From Acidobacteriota bacterium (GTDB taxonomy: Bacteria > Acidobacteriota > Terriglobia > Terriglobales > SCQP01): a stretch of DNA of 64,000 nt. This document shows positions 41,045 through 49,232 of the stretch, in pieces. The translations under genes were made by a program, and so were the position numbers. The DNA lies in contig DAHUYO010000002.1 in the NCBI GenBank assembly GCA_027315185.1, positions 23,800-87,799 of the forward strand, written 5' to 3'. The notes beneath the pieces are model-generated. The model made no database searches, was not told the origin of the DNA, and saw only the letters and a list, made by a program, of their open reading frames with translations. Each line of letters starts with the position of its first letter. Positions within the stretch are counted from its first letter, which is position 1.

Positions 41045-43689
41045 TGTCCGTTCACCGTGATTTTGGCGCAGCCGTATGCGACGGCATTATTGCGCACCGC
41101 GAGGCCGTTGGCGTACCAGGTTTGGCCAACCGTCTCCTGGCAGGAGCCCGGCGGTGGGCATGCTCCAGTGGAGCAGGAGCTCGAGCACAGGGCCAGGGTG
41201 TCGGCGGTTGGGAACTCCCCGTTCGCCTGGGTCACACCACTGGTGGCGCGCGGCGTCGCGGGAACCCCGGCGCAGCCATCGACGCCAGCCGTGAACGCCT
41301 CCTGCACCGGAATTCCGCCGACCTCGACGGCGCCGAGCCCGTCTGCCACCTGGTACACGATCTGCCGCTGCGCGCCGCAGCTGTAGTCGCCCAGGCCCGC
41401 AGCTGAGCAGTTGAACGTCTGCTCGGTACCGGTGTCGCTGAGCACCAGCAGGCTCGTCGGGTCGCGGACGGTGATCCCGCTAACGGGAACCGACGCGCTC
41501 TCGCCCGCGGTGGTGTAGTCGAGCGTGATCGTCGTGTCGCCAACGGCGCTGCTTTCGGCGGCGGCGCTGTAGGTGATCGTCGCGCCGCTCCCCGACAGGC
41601 CCACGGTGCCCTTGTTGGCACTCCAGGCGTAGCTGCCGCCGCTGGGGTCAACCGAGGCCGTACACGTGCCGGAGGTGTCGAACGCCCCTGTCCCTGTGCC
41701 CATAACCAGTGTGGCGGCGCTACAGGCCACGGATACGCTGGGCGTCACCGTGGCCGGCGGCGGCGGGCTGAGGGTGACCGGAGCGGAGTAGCAACTGGAC
41801 GTGTCGTAGGCGCCGTAGCAGTTGACGCCGCCCAGGGTAATCGGGTCGAATTCGACGTTGATGGTGGTTTCGCCCGGACCAACGCCGACCAATTCGCCCC
41901 CGGAATACACTGTGACCTGCGTGTTAGTGACGGTAATGGTGGCGATCAGCACGTCCTGTTGGCCGTTGCAGTAGCAGCCGAAGGGCTGAATGCTGAGCTT
42001 GCCGTTCACGTCCAGCAGCAGCGTGGCCGGGCTGAGGCCGAAGTTGTCGTAGGTGCAGCAGGGGTCGCAATAACAGCCGCAGGTGCCGTTGGCGGGGTTG
42101 TAGACGGCGACCTCGGCGTTGAGATGCAGCCAGGTGGTGTGGCTGTCGGCGCTCTCGAAGCTCATGCTGCCGGATTGCTCTGTCATTTGGAATTGCCGGC
42201 CTTTGTGGTCCGCGCGCCCGGAAGCGATCAGCTGCCAAAGATCAATCGTCTCCGAGGCCATCGGAGCCAAATGCACCGGCAGGGTGTACCGGCCGCTGCC
42301 GTCCGCGTAGCGCAGGCGGACCAGGATGTCCTCTGCGGTTGCGCCGGTGTTCCACAAGGTGATCATGGTGTCATAGCCGCCACCGGTGGCCCAATAGGAT
42401 TCGCGTTTGCCGAAGCTGCGCTGGACCGGTTCCGGCAGCACGGCAAAGACGAAGCTGCCGCTGAGGTCCACGCTGCCGGCGGCAACAATAAGGTCGCCCT
42501 CGTGCCCGGTGAAGGAGACCATTACGTTGACCGAGCCGTCGAAGCCGGCGAGGCCCGCCGCGCTGAGAATGCCCTGCATGTCGACCTGTGCGCTGCCGCC
42601 GGGGGCAAAGCGCAGCGGCGGCAGGGCGTACCGGTCGCTGCTGTCGGCGGGCGCGGAAGCGGTCCCGTCCTGGCTGCCCTCCGGCTGCCAGCACAGGGTG
42701 ACATGGACATCGAGCGGCGCGGCGCCGGCGTTGCGCAGGACCAGGTAGGGCTGGAAGCGGAGGCTGGGACGGAAGCCCAGCGCGGGATCGGGCATGCCGA
42801 CCAGCAAACCGGGGGCGGCGTAGCGGTAGCTTGCGGCGGCGCCGCCGCGATCGTGAAAGCCATAGGGCATGTGGTCGGAGTAGCCTTCGGCGTTGTTCTC
42901 CAGTAGCCCGGCGACCAGCAACTGGCCCATGATGCCCCGGTAGTTGATGGTGATGCCGCCGGAGGAAGCGAGATAGCCGCGGATCTGGGCGATCTGGCCG
43001 GACAGGTCGAGCAGTTGCGACTGGTGCGGGCCGAGCGCAACGCTCTTGGCCGGCAGCGGCGCCCCCGAGGAGCCGGTGATTTGATAGCTCACGTCCAGGT
43101 CCTGGCCGGAGGTGTTGGCCAGCGACAGCAGTCCATGGACTCCGGGGTCATGCCGCCACCACAGCATTTCGATGCGGTGCGGCGCCGGTCCCGGATCGGG
43201 GATCGGCGCGCCAACACCCACCGGCTGGACGACCTGGGGCGGCTGGAACGCGTCGGTGAAGATCAGGCTGCGGCCGGCATCCAGCATCTGCATGCTGGCG
43301 ACGACGTGGCCGGGCGAGCTCCACGTGTAGCTCAGCTCGGCGCTGCCATGCGCAGGCGCTGCCCCCGGCGGAAGAATGGCGTTCAGGGCGCGGTTGATAT
43401 TGACATCGGCCTCGCCGCCGGCAGGGAGGATTACTGCCGGCAGGGTGAGCTGGCTGCCGTCCGGCGTAAACAGCGACGGGGTCACCATGAGTGGCGCGGT
43501 AATAAGGGAGTTTTTGATGTGGATGGTCGAGACAAAGCCGCCATCGGTTCGCCATAGCCCGCAGAACAGCGAGCAGGTTGCCATCGCGCCCATGGCGGCG
43601 CCGGGGCTCGCCGCACCGGCCATCTTCGCGCCATCCGCCATCACCGCCCGAATCGCAGCCGCCCGCGGCTTGGGCTTGGGCAAGGCCAA
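41041..43689 (-). CDS. large secreted beta-rich protein with Big_2-like Ig domain, constant stalk and Cys-rich variable C-terminal tip CT1 (main gene of the polymorphic cassette locus)
   Basis: 882-aa ORF with normal composition. Ig-like segment LSPATLLLDVNGKLSIQPFG...VLIATITVTNTQVTVYSGGELVGVGPGETTINVEF. Constant region duplicated downstream. The tip has 8 Cys and ends ITVNGQ*. The track start (TTG 43689) lacks a signal peptide, which is encoded in another frame just upstream. Confidence 0.8.
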   Translation of the reverse strand: MALPKPKPRAAAIRAVMADGAKMAGAASPGAAMGAMATCSLFCGLWRTDGGFVSTIHIKNSLITAPLMVTPSLFTPDGSQLTLPAVILPAGGEADVNINRALNAILPPGAAPAHGSAELSYTWSSPGHVVASMQMLDAGRSLIFTDAFQPPQVVQPVGVGAPIPDPGPAPHRIEMLWWRHDPGVHGLLSLANTSGQDLDVSYQITGSSGAPLPAKSVALGPHQSQLLDLSGQIAQIRGYLASSGGITINYRGIMGQLLVAGLLENNAEGYSDHMPYGFHDRGGAAASYRYAAPGLLVGMPDPALGFRPSLRFQPYLVLRNAGAAPLDVHVTLCWQPEGSQDGTASAPADSSDRYALPPLRFAPGGSAQVDMQGILSAAGLAGFDGSVNVMVSFTGHEGDLIVAAGSVDLSGSFVFAVLPEPVQRSFGKRESYWATGGGYDTMITLWNTGATAEDILVRLRYADGSGRYTLPVHLAPMASETIDLWQLIASGRADHKGRQFQMTEQSGSMSFESADSHTTWLHLNAEVAVYNPANGTCGCYCDPCCTYDNFGLSPATLLLDVNGKLSIQPFGCYCNGQQDVLIATITVTNTQVTVYSGGELVGVGPGETTINVEFDPITLGGVNCYGAYDTSSCYSAPVTLSPPPPATVTPSVSVACSAATLVMGTGTGAFDTSGTCTASVDPSGGSYAWSANKGTVGLSGSGATITYSAAAESSAVGDTTITLDYTTAGESASVPVSGITVRDPTSLLVLSDTGTEQTFNCSAAGLGDYSCGAQRQIVYQVADGLGAVEVGGIPVQEAFTAGVDGCAGVPATPRATSGVTQANGEFPTADTLALCSSSCSTGACPPPGSCQETVGQTWYANGLAVRNNAVAYGCAKITVNGQ
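41449..41770 (-). repeat. 322-bp direct repeat, copy 1 (constant region of main gene)
   Basis: See the partner copy at 39933-40254. Confidence 0.9.
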
Positions 43690-43712
43690 CGGATCAAACG
43701 GCAGGGATTGGG

Positions 43713-43841
43713 CTATGCGGCGGGGGGGCCGTTTTGCGGCGCCGCCGGGGCGGCGTGGGGACGGGAGGCGAAGAGCCCGACGGCTAGGGCGGCGGCGACG
43801 GGCAACAGCACGTAACGAGCAGGACCAGACAGCGACTTCAT
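43713..43841 (-). CDS. 42-codon ORF encoding a Sec signal peptide, probably the displaced 5' end of the large protein gene
   Basis: MKSLSGPARYVLLPVAAALAVGLFASRPHAAPAAPQNGPPAA*. The main ORF frame is open from just upstream of this ATG. One extra G in the G7 tract (43722-43728) would fuse the two frames. Confidence 0.55.
   Translation of the reverse strand: MKSLSGPARYVLLPVAAALAVGLFASRPHAAPAAPQNGPPAA
43722..43728 (-). repeat. homopolymer tract (G7 on plus strand, C7 in the mRNA sense) at the signal-peptide/body frame junction
   Basis: Read directly: cgggggggcc at 43721-43730. A +1 nt change places MKSL...NGPP in frame with RRIAQSLPFDPLALPKPKP... of the 882-aa ORF. Confidence 0.6.
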
Positions 43842-44094
43842 ACTAAAATCAGTCCCCGCTGGTCAGAGTAGTACCGCAACACCCGCATTAGTCAACAGAA
43901 AAATTCACCAGCCCATTTTTTGTAGCTAGCTCCCTTGTCATTAACTAAAAGGTTATTCCAGCGGGCGCCACGGCGGCCGGAGGAAAAACCTGCTTGCCGC
44001 CCCCGCGGCGGCCCGGCCCGACCGGCGCCGCCCAACCGCGAGCACGGGCGCCACCGGCGCGGCGCCTCACGGCGGCGGGCGGCGTCCGCGCCTT

Positions 44095-44150
44095 GCAAAT
44101 CGGGACGCCCCGCCGGCGGCGGGGCTGGGACCTGCGCCCGGCAATGAGTT
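44095..44150 (-). repeat. family A palindromic element (inverted orientation)
   Basis: gcaaatcGGGACGCCCCGCCGGCGGCGGGGCTGGGACCtgcgcccggcaatgag, upstream of the PIG-L gene. Confidence 0.85.
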
Positions 44151-44186
44151 GCCGCGCCCCGCCTGGGCAGAGGACAATACAGCCTT

Positions 44187-47117
44187 ATGGTTCAACTTCG
44201 TTCGCGGCAGTTCCCTGCCTCGCGCCGCCCGCGGCGCGCCTTTGCGCCGGCGGTCGCGGCCGCCGCCGGCTTCATCGTTCTCGCCGCGCTGCTGGCCGCC
44301 GCCGCCACGCCCTCCCCCAAGCGGGTGCGCATCGCCCCCACCGCCAATGCCCAGCCGCTGCCCTTTCAAACCGGGGCGGCGGGATTGTGGCAGATGCTGC
44401 TGAAGCTGGACACCCGCGCCAGCCTGATCCACATTGACGCCCACCCCGATGACGAAGACGGCGGCATGCTGGCCTATGAAAGCCGCAAGCTGGGCGCGCG
44501 CGTGGCGCTGCTGACGCTGAACCGCGGCGAAGGCGGGCAGAACGCCATGTCCAATGATTTCCTGGACCGCCTGGGCCTGGTGCGCACCGAGGAGCTGCTG
44601 GCGGCGGACCGCTACTACGGCGTGCAGCAATATTTCAGCCGCGTCATTGACTTCGGCTTCTCCAAGCACAAGGCCGGGTCGCTGAAGCAATGGGGCTTCC
44701 AGCGCGTGCTCAGCGACGTGGTGCGCGTGGTGCGCATGGATCGGCCGCTGGTCATCACCTCGCCGTTTGTCGGCGCCGCTAGCGACGGCCATGGCAACCA
44801 CCAGGTTTCCGGGGAAATGGCGCAGCTGGCCTTCAAGGACGCCGGCAATCCCAAGATGTTCCCCAATCAGATCCGCGCCGGGCTCCGTCCCTGGACGCCG
44901 CTGAAGATGTACGCTCGGGTCCCCTTCGCCCGCATCGTCCATGGCCGCATGTTTGACTACGCCACCCGCCACTGGCGGCCCGCGCGTTTTCGCAACTACA
45001 TCACCGGCCGCTGGATTCAGGGCAAGCCTTCGGCCACGCTGTCCATCCCCGAAGGCCAGTACGATCCCTGGCTGGGCGAGTCCTACGTCCAGCTGGCCCG
45101 CACCGGCTGGGGCCTGCAAAAGACGCAAAACGGCGGCGGCTTCATCGTGCTGCCGGGGCCCGTCAACTCCCGCTATCACCGCTACGCCTCGCGCGTGCCC
45201 GCGCCGGCGCATGAGAGCAGCTTTTTTCAGGGCATCAACGTCACGCTGCCCGGCATCGCCGATTTGGCGCCGCGCGGGCAGGCGCCGTTTCTGCGCCCCG
45301 CGCTGGTGCGCCTCAGCCGGTTGGTGGCCATCGCCATGCGGCAGTACCGGCCCGGCCGGCCGGAGGCGATCGCACCGCTGCTGGCCGACGGCCTGCGCCA
45401 AACCAAGGCCCTAATCGCCCAGACCCGCGCCAGCGGCCTGGCGTCCCTGCCCAAATACAACGTCCTCTATGAGCTGCGCATCAAGCGCGCCCAGTTCAAT
45501 GATGCGCTGCTGATGGCGCTGGGCGTCACCATGCAGGCGCGGGTGGCGCCGGCGCGGCTGCGGCGGGGCTTTTTCGGCTTCATCAACGTGAGCCCGACAT
45601 TTCCGTTCGCCATTCCGGGCCAGCATTTCCACGTCGCCGTGCATGTCGCCGATCAGGGCACGCAGGCGCTGGGCGGCGTTCATGTTTGGCTGGCGGGACC
45701 GCGGGGCGAGCATTGGGCGCTGGCGGCGGACGGGACGCCGGTGACCGCGCTGGCCGCGGGCCGCGCCGCCGATCAGGCATTCTCCGTTGGCGTGTCGCGC
45801 GACGCGGCGCCGACCGAGCCCTATTTTTACCGTCCCAATACCGAGCAGGCGTATTACGACCTGCGCCAGCCGCAATACCGCGATCTGCCCTTCGCGCCGT
45901 ATCCGCTGGCGGCGTGGGTGGAAACCCGCTACGACGGTGCCACCGCGCGCATGGCCGAAGTGGTGCAGGTGGTCCAGCGGGAGGATGGCCGGGGGACGGT
46001 GCTGCATCCGTTGGCGGTGACGCCGGCCATCTCGGTGATCATCCATCCCCACGCCGGCATCGTGCCGCTGGGGCAGAAGCAATTCCCGCTGACGGTGGCC
46101 ATCCGCAGCGAGGCGCAGGGCCCGGCGCGCGGCACGGTCCGCCTGGACCTGCCCGCCGGCTGGCGCGCCGCGCCGGCGGCGGCGCCCTTCGCCATCGGCC
46201 ACACCGGCGACGAGCAAACGGTGCAGTTCTCCGTAACCCCGAGCGGATTGTCCGAGCGGAGCTATGTGCTGCACGCCGTGGCCAGCTACGGCGGCCGGGA
46301 ATACCGCCAGGGCTTCGTCACCACCGGCTACCCCGGCCTCCGCCCCTACAACTATTACCGCCCCGCGCTGTACCGCACCACCGGCGTGGACGTGAAGACG
46401 GCCCGCGGGTTGCGCATTGGCTACGTCATGGGCACGGGCGATTCGGTGCCGCAGGCGCTGCGCGACCTGGGCATTCATGTGCATTTCTTGAGCGCGCAGG
46501 ATTTAGCCAGCGGCAATCTGGACCGCTACAGCGAAATCATGCTCGGCATCCGCGCCTACGCCAACCGCCCCGAACTGGCGCTGAACAACGCCCGCCTGCT
46601 GGCCTACGTGCACCAGGGCGGCGTGGTGGTGGTGCAATACCAGACGATGGAGTACAACCATAACTACGGCCCCTACCCGCTAAACCTAGAGCCGGACGCG
46701 GTGGTGGTGCATGAGCATTGCCCGGTGCGGCTGCTGCTGCCGCATAGCCCGGTATTGAGCTGGCCCAACCGCATCACGCTGCGCGATTTCGCCGGCTGGT
46801 TCGAGGAACGCGGCCACGGCTTCATGGGCAGTTGGGCGCCGCAGTATCGCGCGCCGCTGGAGATGCACGATCCCGGCCAGTCACCGCAGCGCGGCGGTTT
46901 GCTCTATGCCCGTTACGGCCGCGGGGCCTATGTCTATTTGGCCCTGGCGCTCTACCGCCAGTTGCCGGAGGGCGTGCCCGGCGCCTTCCGTCTGATGGCC
47001 AATTTGCTCAGCCTGCCGCGCAACCCCTGGCTGCATCCGCACGGCGGCGCCGCGGCGGCGGCGAAACTGCCGGCCGCGGCGCCGCGCAGCCTGCGGGTCC
47101 TGCCGGCGGTCGAATAG
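44187..47117 (+). CDS. PIG-L (LmbE) family deacetylase, large multidomain, membrane-anchored
   Basis: N-terminal anchor, then IDAHPDDEDGGMLAYESRKG...LLTLNRGEGGQN and GHGNHQ (the PIG-L zinc motif set). Long C-terminal extension. Length 976 aa. Confidence 0.85.
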   Translation: MVQLRSRQFPASRRPRRAFAPAVAAAAGFIVLAALLAAAATPSPKRVRIAPTANAQPLPFQTGAAGLWQMLLKLDTRASLIHIDAHPDDEDGGMLAYESRKLGARVALLTLNRGEGGQNAMSNDFLDRLGLVRTEELLAADRYYGVQQYFSRVIDFGFSKHKAGSLKQWGFQRVLSDVVRVVRMDRPLVITSPFVGAASDGHGNHQVSGEMAQLAFKDAGNPKMFPNQIRAGLRPWTPLKMYARVPFARIVHGRMFDYATRHWRPARFRNYITGRWIQGKPSATLSIPEGQYDPWLGESYVQLARTGWGLQKTQNGGGFIVLPGPVNSRYHRYASRVPAPAHESSFFQGINVTLPGIADLAPRGQAPFLRPALVRLSRLVAIAMRQYRPGRPEAIAPLLADGLRQTKALIAQTRASGLASLPKYNVLYELRIKRAQFNDALLMALGVTMQARVAPARLRRGFFGFINVSPTFPFAIPGQHFHVAVHVADQGTQALGGVHVWLAGPRGEHWALAADGTPVTALAAGRAADQAFSVGVSRDAAPTEPYFYRPNTEQAYYDLRQPQYRDLPFAPYPLAAWVETRYDGATARMAEVVQVVQREDGRGTVLHPLAVTPAISVIIHPHAGIVPLGQKQFPLTVAIRSEAQGPARGTVRLDLPAGWRAAPAAAPFAIGHTGDEQTVQFSVTPSGLSERSYVLHAVASYGGREYRQGFVTTGYPGLRPYNYYRPALYRTTGVDVKTARGLRIGYVMGTGDSVPQALRDLGIHVHFLSAQDLASGNLDRYSEIMLGIRAYANRPELALNNARLLAYVHQGGVVVVQYQTMEYNHNYGPYPLNLEPDAVVVHEHCPVRLLLPHSPVLSWPNRITLRDFAGWFEERGHGFMGSWAPQYRAPLEMHDPGQSPQRGGLLYARYGRGAYVYLALALYRQLPEGVPGAFRLMANLLSLPRNPWLHPHGGAAAAAKLPAAAPRSLRVLPAVE

Positions 47118-47309
47118 GCCTCGGACGCGCCCCGCGCCCGAGGCGCGCCCGCGCGGGAACCTCGAACCCGAGGCGCTTGGACCGGCCGGATCGGACGGAC
47201 CAATCCGGGGCAGCCCTGGGCCCAAACGGCCAGGAATCACGCAGCAAAACGAACACCCTGCGGAATATTCTCGAAATCCGTCGTCTAATACAGTATTAGG
47301 TGGGTATAG

Positions 47310-48572
47310 ATGCTCCTCAAATTCACCGTCGAGAACTACCTTTCGATCCGCGAAAAGCAGGAACTTTCCCTCGTTGCGACCGGCGGCCTCCGCAGTGGGC
47401 CCACGGTTGCCCTGGGCAGGGCGGGGCATTTCGGCGTGCTCCCCGCAGCCGCGATCTACGGCGCCAACGCCGCCGGAAAGACGAATGTCCTCGCCGCCCT
47501 TGCGTTCGCGGCGGCGGCGGTTCGGTTCTCGCAAACCAACTGGCCTGCGAACGGCGGCGTGCCGCGCGTGCCGTTCCGGCTCGACCCTCGATGGAAAATG
47601 CGGCCGACGGCCATTGAGTTCGACCTCTGGCTGGACGGTGCGCGGCACACCTACGGGTTCGAGGCGGACGATGAGCGGGTCCTCAGGGAGTGGCTGGACG
47701 ATTTTCCAAACGGTCGCCGCAGAATGCGCTTCACGCGTGACGGTGGGCGATTCGAGTTCGGCCGCGGCTTCGGTGGCGCGCTCGCGAGAAAGGTGACACG
47801 CGGGAACAGCCTGTACCTTTCGGCGGCCGCCCAGAGCAATCAGCCCGAGGCAAAGAAAATTTCGGGCTGGTTCACCGACGGGGTCGCGTTCGTGATGGGC
47901 CCGCGGCTGCCTGGCCCTGGGGAATTCGGGAGGGCCGTTGGCGATTCCAAGGTCGCCGCCGAGATCAGCCAGGCCCTGGCCGGAGCAGACCTGGGCATAA
48001 CGGGCTTCAGGATGAAATCGGGCCAGATCGACAAGGAGTACATGGCAATCTACGAGCGGATTCGCCGCGCCGTCCCGGAAGCGGAGCTCCCGGCAAGCCC
48101 GGAGGCCAACAGCCTCGCCTTCGCGCACCGCGCCGAGGGGGGCCCGGTGGAGATCGAACTCGGGCAGGAGTCGGCGGGAACGGTCTCCTACCTCGGCCTG
48201 CTTCTCCACGCCCGTGAGGCGCTAGCGCGCGGCGCCGTCCTTTGCGTCGACGAGATCGAAAGGGCCCTGCACCCGCTGCTAGCCGGGGAGGTTGTCCGGT
48301 TCTTCCAGGATCCTCGGCGTAACAGGTCGGGAGCCCAACTCGTCTTCAACACCCACGACACCAACCTCCTGAGCGGAGACCTGCTCCGCCGCGACCAGGT
48401 GTGGTTCACCGAGAAGGACCGGAACGGTGCCACGCACCTCTACCCACTGACCGACTTCAAGCCCCGCGGAGACGAGAGCCTGGCAAAGGGCTACCTCCAG
48501 GGTCGGTACGGTGCTCTGCCGTTCTTGGGAGAGCTGGGCGAGGTATTGCTATGGCGGGACGGGAATGCCTAA
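47310..48572 (+). CDS. AAA/ABC-type ATPase (COG1106, AbiLi/RloA-like)
   Basis: MLLKFTVENYLSIREKQELSL..., Walker A IYGANAAGKTNVLAAL, Walker B-like LCVDEIERALHP, then LVFNTHDTNLL. Local GC is visibly lower. AT-rich promoter-like DNA at 47230-47309. Confidence 0.85.
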   Translation: MLLKFTVENYLSIREKQELSLVATGGLRSGPTVALGRAGHFGVLPAAAIYGANAAGKTNVLAALAFAAAAVRFSQTNWPANGGVPRVPFRLDPRWKMRPTAIEFDLWLDGARHTYGFEADDERVLREWLDDFPNGRRRMRFTRDGGRFEFGRGFGGALARKVTRGNSLYLSAAAQSNQPEAKKISGWFTDGVAFVMGPRLPGPGEFGRAVGDSKVAAEISQALAGADLGITGFRMKSGQIDKEYMAIYERIRRAVPEAELPASPEANSLAFAHRAEGGPVEIELGQESAGTVSYLGLLLHAREALARGAVLCVDEIERALHPLLAGEVVRFFQDPRRNRSGAQLVFNTHDTNLLSGDLLRRDQVWFTEKDRNGATHLYPLTDFKPRGDESLAKGYLQGRYGALPFLGELGEVLLWRDGNA

Positions 48573-49185
48573 GCGCGTGCCCCAAGGGCTACGCCGCAAG
48601 CTCGGTGCGGTCCCGCCGTTTGCGCGGATCGCAGTCGTCTGCGAGGGTGAGGTCACGGAGCCGAAGTACCTCAACGCACTCAAGGGCGCGGAGCTGGCCA
48701 GCAGCGCCCACATCATTGAGGTCAAGGGAGGCGTCGGGGTACCGCTGACCGTGGTGCGTAGGGCAGTCAAGCTAAAAAAGGGCGGAAACTACGACGAGGT
48801 CTGGTGCGTTTTCGATGTCGACGACCATCCGAAGCTGCCAGAAGCGCTAGATCAGGCTTGCGCCAACGGCCTGAGGTTGGCTGTCTCGAACCCATGTTTC
48901 GAACTCTGGGGCCTCCTCCATTTTCAAGACCAGCGCTCCGAGCTTGGGCGCAAGCAATTGTGCAGTAAGCTGAAGAAGCACCTCCCGGGCTACAAAAAGG
49001 CCCTCGCCTTCGAAAAGCTTGACCCGAATCGCGAGCTCGCCCTTCGGCGGGCAGCCGGCCTGGACAGGATGCACAGAAACGACAAGAAGCCGCCCAGTTC
49101 GAATCCATCAACCGGGGTGGCCGCGCTCGTCGAGAAGATCGCTGGCCTCGGCCGAGCCGCCCGCCTCAAGAAACTCGGGCGATGA
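48565..49185 (+). CDS. RloB family protein (TOPRIM-like, AbiLii-like)
   Basis: The ATG overlaps the ATPase stop by 8 nt. IAVVCEGEVTEPKYL (TOPRIM Glu), VWCVFDVDDHP (DxD) and AVSNPCFELWGLLHF are RloB hallmarks. Confidence 0.85.
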   Translation: MPKRVPQGLRRKLGAVPPFARIAVVCEGEVTEPKYLNALKGAELASSAHIIEVKGGVGVPLTVVRRAVKLKKGGNYDEVWCVFDVDDHPKLPEALDQACANGLRLAVSNPCFELWGLLHFQDQRSELGRKQLCSKLKKHLPGYKKALAFEKLDPNRELALRRAAGLDRMHRNDKKPPSSNPSTGVAALVEKIAGLGRAARLKKLGR

Positions 49186-49232
49186 TCCGCGGCGTTGCTA
49201 CCGGCTGCCGCGCCGGGCCGTCCAACCCAGGC

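Noticed and set aside
38294-42906. Plus-strand ORFs inside the polymorphic locus (38294-39013, 39495-40274, 41959-42906, 43015-43557) and the long 5' extensions of minus-strand track ORFs (38785-39894 and 39528-40595)
   Set aside because: The plus-strand ORFs are antisense shadows. The extensions upstream of ATG 39531 (partner B) and upstream of about 40295 (cassette 2) run through the preceding gene in a different frame and lack homology to the main copy. The ATGA-coupled starts and signal peptides define better boundaries.
44067-48209. Minus-strand ORFs 44067-45401, 45411-46484 and 46881-48209
   Set aside because: They are antisense to the PIG-L deacetylase and the AbiL-like ATPase, with no recognisable domains and shadow composition.
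49097-49106. GTTCGAATCC (tRNA T-loop-like string)
   Set aside because: The flanking bases (CCCAG ... ATCAA) cannot form the 5-bp T-stem. It lies inside the RloB coding frame, and no acceptor or anticodon arms are evident.
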